Made by a program: the position numbers and the translations under genes | Shown here: piece after piece, positions 18,698 through 27,891 of the stretch | Layout: the number at the start of each line of letters is the position of its first letter | Position numbering within the stretch: position 1 is the stretch's first letter | Source of the DNA: Candidatus Dojkabacteria bacterium | Lineage (GTDB): Bacteria > Patescibacteriota > Dojkabacteria > JAOAGR01 | DNA length: 43,256 nt | Reading direction: 5' to 3' | NCBI GenBank assembly: GCA_048615375.1 | Contig: JBMCLJ010000002.1 | Location: 1-43,256, forward strand | Notes under the pieces: model-generated | Seen by the model: the letters and a program-made list of their open reading frames with translations, nothing else | Told to the model about the DNA's origin: nothing | Database searches by the model: none

Positions 18698-19882
18698 ATG
18701 AAGTATTTTTTGGTAACACCGAACAATGCATTCAAGATGTGTTTAACAATCGGCATGTGCATACTGCTTACCTTGACCCTGGTGAGTACAACAAATGCAG
18801 AATTTGTGCCAATCACACCTAATTACTCTACTTCTATTCCAGAAAACCAAATAATTAAACCTATCAAGAAAATTGTTATCAGTCCTGTGAAAAGACGTTC
18901 TGTACTTTCGTTGACACATACGAAATTTGCCCGGGAGATACTCTATTTTATGCAGAAGAATGGGTTTATACGTTCACCAGTTGCCTATGTTTTATTTAGA
19001 GACAGTACAGTTGTGGAACTTGAAAAAGACTGGGTCTTAAATGATTTCAGTAATAGTTACGATGAGGGCGTTCTATTTGTTCTGCTCGTATATGAACAAC
19101 AATTTGACATGGAGGATTATAGAGCAGGTTTTCGGACGCTTATTCCCCGTATTGAGAATGCCCTGGGTTCTACTAATCTTACAAGCGTAGAGGACGTAGA
19201 GCTAAAGGACTTTGTGATTGAAAAAGGTGATGAGATTGCGCACCTGGAATTCACCGAACCGGAGGAAAAAAGTGATATTCGAAGCATGTTTGCAGCTGTT
19301 GACTTTACGAAAAAGGAGAAGCCTGACCTGCGTGTTACACAGGTAGATTTGCCGAAACGTGTTGAACCGCAGAAAACAATACAGGGGAAAGTTACTATCG
19401 AAAATAAATCTGACTTTTCCTTTGTGTTTAACGAAAGCGCTGTACTCGAATTTAAATTTAATGATAATTCAGTATTTCATGTTAACGAGTCCTGGTTAAA
19501 TCTACGTACCGCAGTCAGTTTGGATGAGGGATATATACTTGCACGAGGAAAAAAGACATTTGAAGTTGACTTGCGAGCTCCTCTATTACCCGGTTCTGTT
19601 CGCGATACTATGAGAATAACATTCGCGGACACCGAACTAAGTAATCAGGAGATTGAACTGGAAGTTGCTGATATTGGCCAAAAAATTTTACGTATTGAGC
19701 CAACAAGTTTGGGCTATTTGTATATTCGAAGGGAGCCGGACAGGAATAGCCCTGAAGTCGGCAGAGCACCAGCTGGCTTGGAGTTTGAGTATGTCGAGGA
19801 ACAGAACGGGTACTATAAAATCAAGTACAACAACGGCTTCGCGTGGGTCTACAAAACTTATGTAACGATACTTTCACGATGA
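18698..19882 (+). CDS. Exported protein with Ig-like (CARDB/NBR1-like) domain and C-terminal SH3b domain
   Basis: Signal-like hydrophobic N-terminus, PDLRVTQV...GKVTIEN beta-sandwich, C-terminal YLYIRREP...EEQNGYYKIKY.NG.AWV (SH3b). Start uncertain (18671/18698/18737). Confidence 0.7.
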   Translation: MKYFLVTPNNAFKMCLTIGMCILLTLTLVSTTNAEFVPITPNYSTSIPENQIIKPIKKIVISPVKRRSVLSLTHTKFAREILYFMQKNGFIRSPVAYVLFRDSTVVELEKDWVLNDFSNSYDEGVLFVLLVYEQQFDMEDYRAGFRTLIPRIENALGSTNLTSVEDVELKDFVIEKGDEIAHLEFTEPEEKSDIRSMFAAVDFTKKEKPDLRVTQVDLPKRVEPQKTIQGKVTIENKSDFSFVFNESAVLEFKFNDNSVFHVNESWLNLRTAVSLDEGYILARGKKTFEVDLRAPLLPGSVRDTMRITFADTELSNQEIELEVADIGQKILRIEPTSLGYLYIRREPDRNSPEVGRAPAGLEFEYVEEQNGYYKIKYNNGFAWVYKTYVTILSR

Positions 19883-20205
19883 ACAGGTTACTGCGCCATA
19901 GTGCACTACAGCTGAAACATATTGGGATTAATATTCTACTGTTACTTGGACTGCTGAGTATTCCTTTTGTTGTACATTCCTTGCATGGTAAGAATCAAAA
20001 TCAACCTGAGATAACAGCAGAGGCTGCAGCTCAAGCAGATGTCCTGGGAGAGAGTACAAGTGTGTACACTCAAACCACAGTGCAGGAAAACGGGGCTGGG
20101 TCCATGAAAAAGATCATGTTTTACACGCTCGTGACTTTGTTTTCAATTAGTGTTATATCATTTATAAGGTATAAATTGATTGCCGCGAGACATGACAAAC
20201 AGTAA
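19879..20205 (+). CDS. Hypothetical small two-TM membrane protein
   Basis: ATGA overlap with the upstream stop. Two TM segments flank a VLGEST-containing loop. Confidence 0.6.
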   Translation: MNRLLRHSALQLKHIGINILLLLGLLSIPFVVHSLHGKNQNQPEITAEAAAQADVLGESTSVYTQTTVQENGAGSMKKIMFYTLVTLFSISVISFIRYKLIAARHDKQ

Positions 20206-21100
20206 AGATACAAAGAAAACCCTTGGAAGAGGATTATCCTCTTTGCTTCCTGAAGTGAGTGTTGGAAATGATGAACAGAAAGAAGATGGATTCGCATACA
20301 TTGCTATTGAAGATATCTCACCTAATCCGTACCAGCCACGACAAAACATTCCGTTAGCATCGATTATGGAACTTTCGGAATCAGTAAAGGAGAAAGGGGT
20401 CATCCAGCCTCTTATTATTTCCCGCATGAAAGATAATAAGAGCAAATATTTTGTGATTGCTGGAGAACGCAGGCTGCATGCCGCAAAGCTTGCAGGGCTG
20501 GAAGAAATTCCAGCGCTTATTAAGGAATTTTCCGATGCCGACATGGCAGAGATAGCAATTATCGAGAATATTCATAGAAAAAATTTAAATCCGATTGAAG
20601 AAGGATATGCCTTCATGAGATTGAATAAAGAGTTCAATCAAACCCTTGAAACTATTGCAGCGAAAATAAGTAAATCGGTTACCTATGTAGAACATAAAAT
20701 TCGGTTAACATCACTTCCACGTCTTATCCAGAGTTCCATAGCAGTTGGTGAAATATCAGAACGACATGGTACAGCACTTATTGGACTTAAGGATGAAGAA
20801 GCAATGGTTGCAGCACTCAAGATAATTATTCGAAATAATCTGAATGTAGAAAAAACCAATGAGCTGGTGCGTCAAATTAAAGCCGAGTCCAGCGAGGGGG
20901 GGAAACTTCTTGGGAGGCATCCCCGTATGGAATGGGATCGAAAATACGAGTACATTAAAGAAGATTTAACCAAGGTATTCGGGCAGGAAGTGAAACTCCG
21001 AAAGAACAACAAAGATGGAGGATCACTGATAATTACATTTGCAAACGAAAACGAGCTTGTATCTCTTTACGAACAACTCAATAAAAAAAAGCAGAGTTAA
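20192..21100 (+). CDS. parB: Chromosome partitioning protein ParB/Spo0J
   Basis: LGRGLSSL ParA-interaction motif, PNPYQPR, GVIQPL, IAGERR CTPase box, IENIHRKNLNPIEE and HTH. Confidence 0.95.
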   Translation: MTNSKDTKKTLGRGLSSLLPEVSVGNDEQKEDGFAYIAIEDISPNPYQPRQNIPLASIMELSESVKEKGVIQPLIISRMKDNKSKYFVIAGERRLHAAKLAGLEEIPALIKEFSDADMAEIAIIENIHRKNLNPIEEGYAFMRLNKEFNQTLETIAAKISKSVTYVEHKIRLTSLPRLIQSSIAVGEISERHGTALIGLKDEEAMVAALKIIIRNNLNVEKTNELVRQIKAESSEGGKLLGRHPRMEWDRKYEYIKEDLTKVFGQEVKLRKNNKDGGSLIITFANENELVSLYEQLNKKKQS

Positions 21101-21422
21101 AGGATTTGAGACATTTGCCTCAATCTACGAAAACAAACAGGCGGTAGAAATTATCAGGAAAAAACGTATTTCAAAACCCTATCAATTCCTTGGCGTCTGG
21201 ATTGCCCAGAATCTTGATGATTTTGAAAATGTCTCAATGTACATTCGGCTTGCGAAATATCAGGACAGGTCTCTGCTTGAAAATGCAGTTTCCTATGTAG
21301 CTGATTACCCTAATCCTGGTTCGAAACGAAAGCTGTTTATGTGGTATTTAAAAGGTAAATTGAGAAAAATACCAAAGCCTCCAAAGAAAAAGATTCAGTC
21401 AAGTCAAGATTCCTTATTTTAA
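21039..21422 (+). CDS. Small basic helical hypothetical protein
   Basis: Open frame with ISKPYQ.LG..IA..L.D....MYIRLAK...LFMWYLK. Start uncertain: the TTG overlaps parB by 62 nt. Confidence 0.6.
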   Translation: MQTKTSLYLFTNNSIKKSRVKGFETFASIYENKQAVEIIRKKRISKPYQFLGVWIAQNLDDFENVSMYIRLAKYQDRSLLENAVSYVADYPNPGSKRKLFMWYLKGKLRKIPKPPKKKIQSSQDSLF

Positions 21423-21466
21423 TAATCCTATTTAATTTTTTTAATGAGGTGCGTATAATCGACTAT

Positions 21467-22621
21467 ATGCTATTACTTGCAATAGATACTTCATGTGATG
21501 AGACCTCAGTCGCGATTGTCGATAAAGATAGAGTTTTAGCTAATAAACTTTCCTCCCAAATCAAGTCGCATAAGGAGTGGGGAGGGGTGGTGCCTGGTCT
21601 CGCGAAAAGAAAACATGAAGAGCTTATTGATTTAGTAATTGAAAAAGCATTGCGTCAAGCATCAGTTACATTGGAAAAAATTGATGTATTTGCTGTGACT
21701 GTGGGGCCTGGGCTGGCGATCGCATTGGAAGTAGGTATACAAAAAGTGCAGGAACTGGCACACAGATACAAGAAACCTGTAGTAGCTGTAAACCATATGG
21801 AAGGTCATATTCACTCTGCTTTCGCAAAAAATTCACAGGGAAAGCCAGAGCTAACGTTTACATTCCCTGTGCTTTGCTTGTTAATATCAGGAGGACATAC
21901 TGAATTTGTACTTATGCAGGATCATGGGAAGTACCAAATCATCGGCGAAACCCTGGATGATTCAATCGGTGAGGCATATGATAAGGTTGGGCGTATGCTT
22001 GATATGGGTTATCCGGCTGGTCCTGTTCTTGAGGTAATCGCTCGAAATGGAAATGAACACGCTTATGATTTGCCTGTGCCGATGAAGTATTCAGGTAACG
22101 CTAATATGAGCTATTCAGGTCTTAAAACCGCGACTATGCAAGTAATACAGCATGAAATTTCAAGCTCAAGAAATATATACACTGAGAAGTTTAATAAACG
22201 GATCCAGGAATCATACAAAAAACGTTTTGGCAATACAAAAATACCGTCTGATTCATTACATGAAACACGTGATGAAGCTGGTATTGTCGCGGATATCGCG
22301 GCTTCATTCCAGCGAGCTGCAGTTGAACAGCTGCTGCTGAAAACGCGCTATATCATCCAAACAGTTTTCGGTGAGAAGCCTCCTTCACATATGATTATCG
22401 CTGGAGGTGTTGCGCAGAATATCTTTATCCGAAAGAAATTTCGTCGTGAGTTGAAGGATACAGTAACCATTCATTACCCGACAAGTCCAAAATTATACAC
22501 TGATAATGCGGGTATGATCGGTATTGCTGCTTACTACAATGCACTCCGGGGAAATTTTATTTCTGATATAAAAAGTCTTGATAGAATGCCGAACTGGAGA
22601 GTAGAAACTGTATCGTATTGA
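21467..22621 (+). CDS. tsaD: tRNA t6A37 threonylcarbamoyltransferase TsaD
   Basis: LAIDTSCDETS, GGVVP, GPGL, NHMEGH, SGGHT, TLDDSIGEAYDK, SYSGLKT, GGVA.N and TDNAGMIG. Confidence 0.97.
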   Translation: MLLLAIDTSCDETSVAIVDKDRVLANKLSSQIKSHKEWGGVVPGLAKRKHEELIDLVIEKALRQASVTLEKIDVFAVTVGPGLAIALEVGIQKVQELAHRYKKPVVAVNHMEGHIHSAFAKNSQGKPELTFTFPVLCLLISGGHTEFVLMQDHGKYQIIGETLDDSIGEAYDKVGRMLDMGYPAGPVLEVIARNGNEHAYDLPVPMKYSGNANMSYSGLKTATMQVIQHEISSSRNIYTEKFNKRIQESYKKRFGNTKIPSDSLHETRDEAGIVADIAASFQRAAVEQLLLKTRYIIQTVFGEKPPSHMIIAGGVAQNIFIRKKFRRELKDTVTIHYPTSPKLYTDNAGMIGIAAYYNALRGNFISDIKSLDRMPNWRVETVSY

Positions 22622-22705
22622 GGTCCTTGTGAGAAAAATCCCTTATACTCGGGGTGTTAAAATCTATGTGAGGGGATTTGTTTAGTAAAAGTATTTTATA
22701 GGTTC

Positions 22706-22734
22706 TTGACTGAACAGCTACTTTCGCTTACTAT
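22706..22734 (+). promoter_or_regulatory. Sigma70-type promoter of groESL
   Basis: TTGACT (22706-22711), 17-nt spacer, TACTAT (22729-22734). Confidence 0.7.
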
Positions 22735-22739
22735 CCTAA

Positions 22740-22766
22740 TTGGCAGACGTACAAGTCATCTGCTAA
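22740..22766. promoter_or_regulatory. CIRCE-like (HrcA) operator upstream of groES
   Basis: TTGGCAGAC-N9-ATCTGCTAA versus consensus TTAGCACTC-N9-GAGTGCTAA. It lies at the predicted transcription start. Confidence 0.7.
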
Positions 22767-22792
22767 ATAAATCAAAATACTACATAAGCAGT

Positions 22793-23092
22793 ATGGCAGA
22801 ACAAAAAATAAGGTTCAAACCATTAGGCGTGAACGTTCTGGTAAAACCAGACGAAGCCGAGACAAAAACAAAAAGCGGTATAGTGCTTACCGAAGATACC
22901 TCAGAAAAACCACGTAGTGGAACTATTGCAGCACTGGGTACTGGTGGGTATACACCAACAGGTCAACAATTCGCGTTTACCGTTAAAGTCGGGGATAAGG
23001 TGTATTGGAGATATGGAGGTTCAGAACTTGAGCTGGATGGAGTAAAGTACCTGGTAATGGCTGAAACAGACCTGTTAGGTATAGAAGAATAA
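22793..23092 (+). CDS. groES: Co-chaperonin GroES
   Basis: KPLG..VLVK, KTKSGIVL, VKVGDKV, YGGSE and ETDLLG. True start is ATG 22793. Confidence 0.97.
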   Translation: MAEQKIRFKPLGVNVLVKPDEAETKTKSGIVLTEDTSEKPRSGTIAALGTGGYTPTGQQFAFTVKVGDKVYWRYGGSELELDGVKYLVMAETDLLGIEE

Positions 23093-23150
23093 AGAGAAAA
23101 AGTAACGAATGTTACAACTTTCATAATTACGTAGAAAATTAAGACAAAAT

Positions 23151-24800
23151 ATGGCAAAACGAGTATATTTCGGAGATAAAGCAACAAAAAAAATTCGCAC
23201 AGGCGTTGACCTGATCGCAAACGCTGTTAAAGCGACACATGGTCCTAAAGGAAAACATGTTGGTATTCACAAAAAGTATGGTGCGCAGCATATGACCAAG
23301 GACGGTGTTACCGTCGCTAAAGAGATTGAATCGAGCGATGCGTTTATTGATTTCGCGGTAAAAACCATACGCGAAGCCGCGTCTCAGGCAGCAGATTATG
23401 CAGGAGATGGTACAACTACTGCAACTATTCTTGCGCAGGCAGTCTACAAATATGGTTTAAAGTATGTAGCGGCAGGCGCAAATGCAACTTCTATCCAGAG
23501 GGGGCTTCAAAAATCTGCAGATGCTGTTATTGAGCATGTGGAAAAAATTGCGAAGGAAATATCAGCTGATGATATCAGCCAACTTGAACGGGTAGCTACC
23601 ATTTCTGCAAATAACGATGAAGAAATGGGAAAGAAAATAGCTACTGTTATTAATAAAGTTGGAAAAGAAGGTGTGGTAACCGTTGAAGAGTACCAGGGGA
23701 CAGGAATATTGACAGAGTATGTTGAAGGACTGCAAGTCGACAGGGGGTATATTTCACCGTATTTCGTTACAGATTCCTCACGAATGGAAGCAGTGGTTGA
23801 GGATGGGTATGTGCTTGTTACAGACCAGAAGCTTACGTCAATCAAAACAATTCTTCCTGTCATTGAAAAAATGATGGAATCAGGAAGCAAGAATATGGTG
23901 ATAATTGCTGAAGATGTTGAAGGAGAGGCACTTACCAACCTTGTAGTTAATAAGCTGCGGGGTATATTTAATATCGTAGCTATTAAAGCTCCTGGATTTG
24001 GTGACAGGAAAAAAGAATTATTACAAGATATTGCGGTATTGACTGGTGCTACTGTAATTTCAGAAGAACTTGGTCGCAAGTTAGATGAAAATGTGGAATT
24101 AAACGATCTGGGTCGGGTACGAAGATTCGTAGCCGATAAGGACAATGCAACATTTATTGAAGGAAAAGGTGAGAAAAAGCAGATTGACGATAGAATCGCG
24201 CAGATTCAGAATGTTATGGCTAACACAACTTCTGAATATGACCGTGAGAAACTGCAGGAACGGCTTGCAAAGCTTACAGGTGGTGTTGCTGTTGTAAAAG
24301 TTGGAGCACCCACTGAGGTAGAGATGAAAGAGATAAAAGATCGTATAGATGACGCTATCCAGGCTACAAAAGCTGCTCTTGATGGGGGTATAGTCGCTGG
24401 AGGAGCCGTTGCTTATGTTAATGCATTGGCATCTCTTGATAAAGTAAAATATGATGGTGATGAATCATTTGCGAAAGAAATCATGAAGCGAGCTCTACGA
24501 GAACCAATGCGCCAGTTATTAATTAACGCTGGTGTTGATAGCCCTGATAAAATCATCGCTGAATGCGAAGAAGCAGGGGATGGGACGGGGTACGATGCGC
24601 TCCGTGGAATATCAAAGGTTGACATGATTACAGAAGGAATTATTGACCCAGCAAAAGTAGTAAAAAGTGCAGTTAAAACTTCTATCTCGGTAAGTGGTCA
24701 GTTACTTACCACTGATGTCATTATTGTCGAGGAAGAAGAGGAAAAAGAAAAGGCACCTGCAGGAGGCATGGGAGGAATGGATCCAGGTATGATGATGTAA
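23151..24800 (+). CDS. groEL: Chaperonin GroEL
   Basis: TKDGVTVAKEI, AGDGTTTAT, KAPGFGDR, EKLQERLAKL and GGM tail. Confidence 0.99.
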   Translation: MAKRVYFGDKATKKIRTGVDLIANAVKATHGPKGKHVGIHKKYGAQHMTKDGVTVAKEIESSDAFIDFAVKTIREAASQAADYAGDGTTTATILAQAVYKYGLKYVAAGANATSIQRGLQKSADAVIEHVEKIAKEISADDISQLERVATISANNDEEMGKKIATVINKVGKEGVVTVEEYQGTGILTEYVEGLQVDRGYISPYFVTDSSRMEAVVEDGYVLVTDQKLTSIKTILPVIEKMMESGSKNMVIIAEDVEGEALTNLVVNKLRGIFNIVAIKAPGFGDRKKELLQDIAVLTGATVISEELGRKLDENVELNDLGRVRRFVADKDNATFIEGKGEKKQIDDRIAQIQNVMANTTSEYDREKLQERLAKLTGGVAVVKVGAPTEVEMKEIKDRIDDAIQATKAALDGGIVAGGAVAYVNALASLDKVKYDGDESFAKEIMKRALREPMRQLLINAGVDSPDKIIAECEEAGDGTGYDALRGISKVDMITEGIIDPAKVVKSAVKTSISVSGQLLTTDVIIVEEEEEKEKAPAGGMGGMDPGMMM

Positions 24801-24823
24801 TGCTCCATCAATTTCATTGAACA

Positions 24824-24848
24824 GATAGCGGGTAGGGTGCCCGCTATC
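24824..24848. terminator. Hairpin between convergent groEL and folC
   Basis: GATAGCGGG...CCCGCTATC 9-bp stem overlapping the folC stop. No clear U-tract. Confidence 0.6.
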
Positions 24849-26172
24849 CTGCATTCTGCAGAAGATCACTGATCATAAATAGTGAGCCAGTTGCAAGTAT
24901 GCCACAGTCAGGATGTTCTTTCTGCAATTGCTTTGCGCGCTCCATTGCTTCACTTGGTTTGTAGATCACTTCGAAGTTTCCTTGAGCATATGCAGTGCTG
25001 ATATCAGTGTCTGTAAACCTCTCAGGTGTACCCATATCACTCGGACGTCTCGAGCCGGTAATAAGCATTGTGTGGGCTATCCGGGTAAGTGCCTGGAGAC
25101 TTTGATTTATATCCTTACGCTTTTTGAAGCGGAATATTGTAATGAATTTCTTTTTTGGATAGTAGTAGTTGAGTGAATCAACCAGTTTCTGGATTTTGTC
25201 TGGAATATGTGCCCCATCAATAATAATAAGTGGTGTATTAGAGAGCACCTGGAACCTGCCAGGTATGTATGCTCGCATCAGGCCTTGTCGGATTGATTCA
25301 CTCGTGACATCAGGAAATTCATTGATCATGAGTGATGTTATTGCACTGGCAAGAGCAGCGTTCTCTATCTGAAATAAACCCGGAAGCGTGAGAGAAATGT
25401 TTTTTACATTGAATGTATTGCCCGGGAAATGAAAATCGAAGCGATGATTCGAAATGGTAGATGTATCTGAAGATTCCAGGGAAAAGTCTTGAGCGAGACA
25501 AAATAAGGTTGATTTCGTGCTACGAACCTTTTTTTTCAGGATGTCCAGCAACTCTTTTTCCTGTATTCCAGTGACCACGAATGATTCGTCCTTAATGATT
25601 TCTTGCTTGTCCTTGAGAATTAATTCTTTTGTATCTCCCAGAATTTCTGTATGTTCGAGCCCAATATTCGTAAGTACCTGGTATCTGGAGTTAATGACAT
25701 TCGTACCATCCAGTTTACCACCCAGACCTACTTCAATAACATTAATATCTGTTTCTTCATCACGAAAGTAATGAAAAGCAATAGCCAGGAGTAATTCGAA
25801 ATACGATGGCGGGACTCCAAATTCCTTAAGCATGACATCGATTTCTGGAACAATGTTTTCAACTAAAGAAACGAATCTACGTTTATCTATGTTTTTTCCA
25901 TTGATCTGAGCTCTTTCCCGTACGGTTATCGTGTGAGGGGAGACATGCAAGCCGGTTTTGTAACCTGCTGCCTGGAGAATGGAAGCGATCATGGTTGCGG
26001 TGGATCCTTTCCCTGCAGTCCCGCCTACATGAACAAAATGTTGACCATGGTGGGGATTACCCAGTCTTTTTAATAAATACGTAATTTTTTCCAATCCCCG
26101 GTTTTTGTTCCACTTCGTATTTTTGTTTGGGATAAAACTATGTATGTAATTTATTGCTTCATGATAGTTCAT
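24844..26172 (-). CDS. folC: Folylpolyglutamate/dihydrofolate synthase
   Basis: HVGGTAGKGST, SPH...RER, SYFE, EVGLGGKLDGTN, IGLEHTEILG, PGRF, DGAH and TGSLF. ATG 26172 preferred. Confidence 0.95.
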   Translation of the reverse strand: MNYHEAINYIHSFIPNKNTKWNKNRGLEKITYLLKRLGNPHHGQHFVHVGGTAGKGSTATMIASILQAAGYKTGLHVSPHTITVRERAQINGKNIDKRRFVSLVENIVPEIDVMLKEFGVPPSYFELLLAIAFHYFRDEETDINVIEVGLGGKLDGTNVINSRYQVLTNIGLEHTEILGDTKELILKDKQEIIKDESFVVTGIQEKELLDILKKKVRSTKSTLFCLAQDFSLESSDTSTISNHRFDFHFPGNTFNVKNISLTLPGLFQIENAALASAITSLMINEFPDVTSESIRQGLMRAYIPGRFQVLSNTPLIIIDGAHIPDKIQKLVDSLNYYYPKKKFITIFRFKKRKDINQSLQALTRIAHTMLITGSRRPSDMGTPERFTDTDISTAYAQGNFEVIYKPSEAMERAKQLQKEHPDCGILATGSLFMISDLLQNAG

Positions 26173-26325
26173 AATGTAATCACTTCTATGATTTGTGCTA
26201 TAACCAAACGATAGTACCATTAACTACGTTTCTTTATCTATTTTTTTTATGCACATAATCAGTGAGTCCTTTCCATAATCGAGACTATTCCACTTTTATG
26301 CATATATGATATATAATGGGTATTA

Positions 26326-27057
26326 ATGGAAGAAATCAAGCTATGCGCATCTGTAGAAGCAGAATCAATGGACATGTTTTTATGTAAACTGGAAGAAGTG
26401 CAGAAAACTTTTTCCTGTGTAGAGCTCCGTATTGACTCCATAAAGAATTTTAAAATCAGCTTTATACACAAAGTTCGTGAGCTCGTATACCGGACAGCAG
26501 TGCTTTCATGTAGAAAAAAGCAGGATGGAGGTATCCATGAAATAAATGAACGTTTGCGGCTAAAGATTATTAAAGAGGGGTTTAAACAGGGCTATGATTT
26601 CATTGAACTTGATGTGCAGACAGCAGAAGAGGCATATCTTATGACATCAGGTAACAAAAGATTAATTCTATCTTATTACGATATTCAGCAGACACCTTCA
26701 TACCTCGAACTGGTTGATATTGTTAAAAGAATGAATGCACTAAACCCATATATCGTTAAGATTGCAACACGGATTAATACCAGCCAGGATGAGCACAGTG
26801 TATATAAATTACTGATAAAACTAAGGTCACGGCAGAAATTTATATTGGTTGGACTGGGTGAATCAAGTAAAAGGTTTAATATTTTAGCTTCATTTTCGGG
26901 AAATTACTTTACCTATGTACAAAGTAATTCTGGAGAAGTTTCGGGATTTGCAAATGAAAAAGCACTCAAAGAAATATTGAAAGAAATCAAGATCGATTCC
27001 TCCAGTAATGGAACTGTTAATGAAGCACTTTCACGGTTGAGGATAAATAACCAATAA
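26326..27057 (+). CDS. aroD: Type I 3-dehydroquinate dehydratase-like protein (degenerate active site)
   Basis: VELRID, CR...DGG, ILSYYD..QTP and IVKIA (Schiff-base Lys). The catalytic His and the APGQ loop are not conserved. Confidence 0.7.
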   Translation: MEEIKLCASVEAESMDMFLCKLEEVQKTFSCVELRIDSIKNFKISFIHKVRELVYRTAVLSCRKKQDGGIHEINERLRLKIIKEGFKQGYDFIELDVQTAEEAYLMTSGNKRLILSYYDIQQTPSYLELVDIVKRMNALNPYIVKIATRINTSQDEHSVYKLLIKLRSRQKFILVGLGESSKRFNILASFSGNYFTYVQSNSGEVSGFANEKALKEILKEIKIDSSSNGTVNEALSRLRINNQ

Positions 27058-27075
27058 ATTATACTCAAATTGGGT

Positions 27076-27837
27076 ATGAGAACATGTAGTTTATTGTCGT
27101 GGAATGTACAACGAGCTGAGATGTGCAAACCTGAACAGACCCGGGAAGCAATACTCTCATTGCTTCAACTTGTGCAACCAGGAGTATTGTTACTTCAGGA
27201 ATATTCACACAATATTAAATCCCTGTGCAAATCAGCGTACTTATCGCTAGGATATATCCAGGCTTCAAAGCTTCTTGCTTCGAGGCAGAATATTGAATTG
27301 GAAATTCTCATTAATGAAAACGTATTTGAGGTTGTAGATGTACAGTATATTTCATACTCTGATATTAAGCATACAGTGAGTCCCCATGGAGCACTCATCG
27401 TTACTTTAATACCCCATGCTATTGGTGAACAATTTCGTGTAATAACAACACACTTAACAGCGAAACAGGATTGGCGTGCAAGAAAAATCCAGCTTGAACG
27501 TATTTTTAGACTCTATGATAACGATAAAGTTATTATTGCCGGTGATTTTAACACCATTACAATACAAGATACAAAAGTTTTACGTACATTAGGTGAACAG
27601 TATCCAGCATATCAGGAAGCAACGCACAATATCAATCGAACGTACTATCCTCAAAGAATCGACAATATACGTTTTAACAACAGAATTATTCGATTTCTGG
27701 GGTCATTAATATATCTAACAGGATATGCCAGAAAGCTTGATAGAATATTTGTTAGAGGAATTGGTTCTGACCAGTGTATTACCTGTGATCCTCAAAGGTC
27801 TGACCACGTTGCATTGCTTGCCGAATTAATCCTTTGA
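27076..27837 (+). CDS. Endonuclease/exonuclease/phosphatase (EEP) family protein
   Basis: SWNV, LQE, THL, AGDFN, LDRIF and SDH motifs. Confidence 0.9.
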   Translation: MRTCSLLSWNVQRAEMCKPEQTREAILSLLQLVQPGVLLLQEYSHNIKSLCKSAYLSLGYIQASKLLASRQNIELEILINENVFEVVDVQYISYSDIKHTVSPHGALIVTLIPHAIGEQFRVITTHLTAKQDWRARKIQLERIFRLYDNDKVIIAGDFNTITIQDTKVLRTLGEQYPAYQEATHNINRTYYPQRIDNIRFNNRIIRFLGSLIYLTGYARKLDRIFVRGIGSDQCITCDPQRSDHVALLAELIL

Positions 27838-27891
27838 TTGCCAAACAGATTTTGAAAAAATTGATAATTCATTGTAAAGTACGTCACTGGT

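Noticed and set aside
22636-22679. Imperfect inverted repeat after tsaD as a terminator or ncRNA
   Set aside because: Long loop, mismatched stem and no recognisable RNA family features.
23507-24145. Long antisense ORFs (212 aa in groEL, 178 aa in ftsZ, and others in the ORF track)
   Set aside because: Shadow frames opposite conserved genes, explained by codon bias, with no protein-like motifs.
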